Part shown: positions 63,034-64,000 of the stretch, one piece after another | Numbering within the stretch: the stretch's first letter is position 1 | Layout of the letters: the number at the start of each line of letters is the position of its first letter | NCBI GenBank assembly: GCA_964016885.1 | Contig: OZ024744.1 | Location: 81,158,001 to 81,222,000, forward strand | Direction: 5' to 3' | Source of the DNA: Eledone cirrhosa | Taxonomy: Eukaryota | DNA: 64,000 nucleotides | The notes under the pieces: model-generated | What the model was told of the DNA's origin: nothing | What the model saw: the letters and a program-made list of their open reading frames with translations, nothing else | The model's database searches: none | Made by a program: the position numbers and the translations under genes

Positions 63034-63104
63034 TCCATTACCAAAGGTTTCTGGATCACAGACGATAATAATATAATATACGTCTGGATCGGTCGTCAGA
63101 CAGA
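63034..63104 (-). ncRNA. Type-I hammerhead ribozyme motif (left arm)
   Basis: UCUGU-CUGACGA-CC[GAUCCAGACG...CGUCUGUGAUC]CA-GAAAC-C-UUU-G-GUA-AUGGA. Core intact; base of stem II mismatched. Confidence 0.7.
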
Positions 63105-63114
63105 TCTATAACAT

Positions 63115-63185
63115 CTCTGTCTGACGACCGATCTAGACATATATTATATTATTATCATGTGATCCAGAAACCTTTGGTAATGGAG
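63115..63185 (+). ncRNA. Type-I hammerhead ribozyme motif (right arm)
   Basis: CUCUGU-CUGACGA-CCGAUC...GAUCCA-GAAAC-C-UUU-G-GUA-AUGGAG. Confidence 0.65.
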
Positions 63186-63217
63186 TAGTTATATTTTGTG
63201 TTGTTCACTTTCTAATA

Positions 63218-63292
<75 letters not shown>

Positions 63293-63297
<5 letters not shown>

Positions 63298-63635
63298 GCA
63301 CATGGCTTAGTGGTTAGAGCATTGGCCTTGCAATCGAAAGGTTGTGAGTTCAATTCTCAGACCGGGTGATGTGTTGTTTCCTTGAGCAAGACACTTTATT
63401 TCACATTGCTCCAGTTTACTCAGCTGTAGAAATGAGATGATAGGGACTGGGGTCCCTATCATTCCACTGCAAAGTGGTCGTGGAGGTGCCACGGCAAAAA
63501 AGCACCCAGCACTCACTGTAAATGAGGTTGGTGTTAGGAAGGGCATCCAGCTGTAGAAATAAAGCCAGAATCAGTTCCCATCCCACCCTTGCAAGCAGGG
63601 AAAAGCGGACGTAAAATGAAATGATGATGATGATA
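63293..63635 (+). mobile_element. Full-length tRNA-derived SINE family C with RTE tail
   Basis: A-box TGGCTTAGTGG, B-box GAGTTCAATTC, CORE-like domain. Tail CCCTTGCAAGCAGGGAAAAGCGGACGTAAAATG matches the 3' end of RTE 53148-56104. Confidence 0.92.
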
Positions 63636-63672
63636 TATATATATATATTACATATTATAACTACTTGTTAGA

Positions 63673-63704
<32 letters not shown>

Positions 63705-63825
63705 GTTTCTACATTCTCCATTTCCTTCTGCAAACAGTCCATGAGGGACATTCCTCTCCAAGGACATTCTTTGCCTTGCATCGCTCCTCTCTCTTTCTCT
63801 CCATATATATATTTATATATACACA

Positions 63826-63896
63826 CAGGTGTCCCAAAATGTATATACACTTCAACAGCAAAGTAATCATAGTGTGTATACATTTTTGGGACACAT
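63826..63896. mobile_element. Internally deleted Tc1/mariner-type MITE
   Basis: GTGTCCCAAAATGTATA / TATACATTTTTGGGACAC. Confidence 0.7.
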
Positions 63897-63902
63897 TTTT
63901 CA

Positions 63903-64000
63903 AATGCAGGTAGGATCTTTAGAAGTGGTTGATAGCTTCCGATACCTAGGGTGCTCCAAGGCCATAGTATCTAGAATAAGGACGGGTTGGAAGAAGTTTA
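63903..64000 (+). mobile_element. RTE fragment running off the window
   Basis: GSLEVVDSFRYLG...SKAIVSRIRTGWKKF. Confidence 0.8.

Larger units (their letters stand above)
62955..63216. mobile_element. Fold-back Penelope-like element (palindrome 63002-63216)
   Basis: About 100-bp arms centred near 63110. Same family as 44655-44914. Flanked by (TA)n. Confidence 0.85.

Noticed and set aside
63293-63365. tRNA gene
   Set aside because: A/B boxes are present, but the acceptor stem is not formed and the sequence continues into a SINE body; it is a SINE head (likewise 531, 24009 and 40987).

Overview
AT-rich eukaryotic (animal) genomic DNA made almost entirely of transposable-element remains, SINEs, MITEs and microsatellites. 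The repeat repertoire (RTE LINEs with (GAT)n tails, tRNA-derived CORE/Nin/Meta-type SINEs, TTAA-flanked MITEs, long (TA)n runs) looks like a cephalopod (octopus) intron or intergenic region; this is inference. There is no intact host gene and no intact TE ORF, and nearly all ORF-track entries are spurious or decayed LINE fragments. Identifiable parts: at least 8 RTE-clade LINE copies (best 53148-56104, minus), Expander/Rex3-like RTE 3' ends, CR1/Jockey-like, CRE-like (RLE), RNase H-bearing and Dong/R4-like LINE fragments, an internally deleted Helitron with both termini, piggyBac-, Tc1/mariner- and hAT-type MITEs, a 1.2-kb 32-bp minisatellite, and one possible minus-strand terminal exon (37882-37942). 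Main observations: (1) several families of short non-coding fold-back elements whose arms carry type-I hammerhead ribozyme motifs (Penelope-like), with intact cores at 44733-44806 and 63034-63185; (2) a C4HC3 PHD-type finger inserted inside the RT domain of the RTE LINEs; (3) RTE subfamilies whose 3' UTR is a SINE-like body. All family assignments are by eye, without database searches. Boundaries of decayed elements are approximate.
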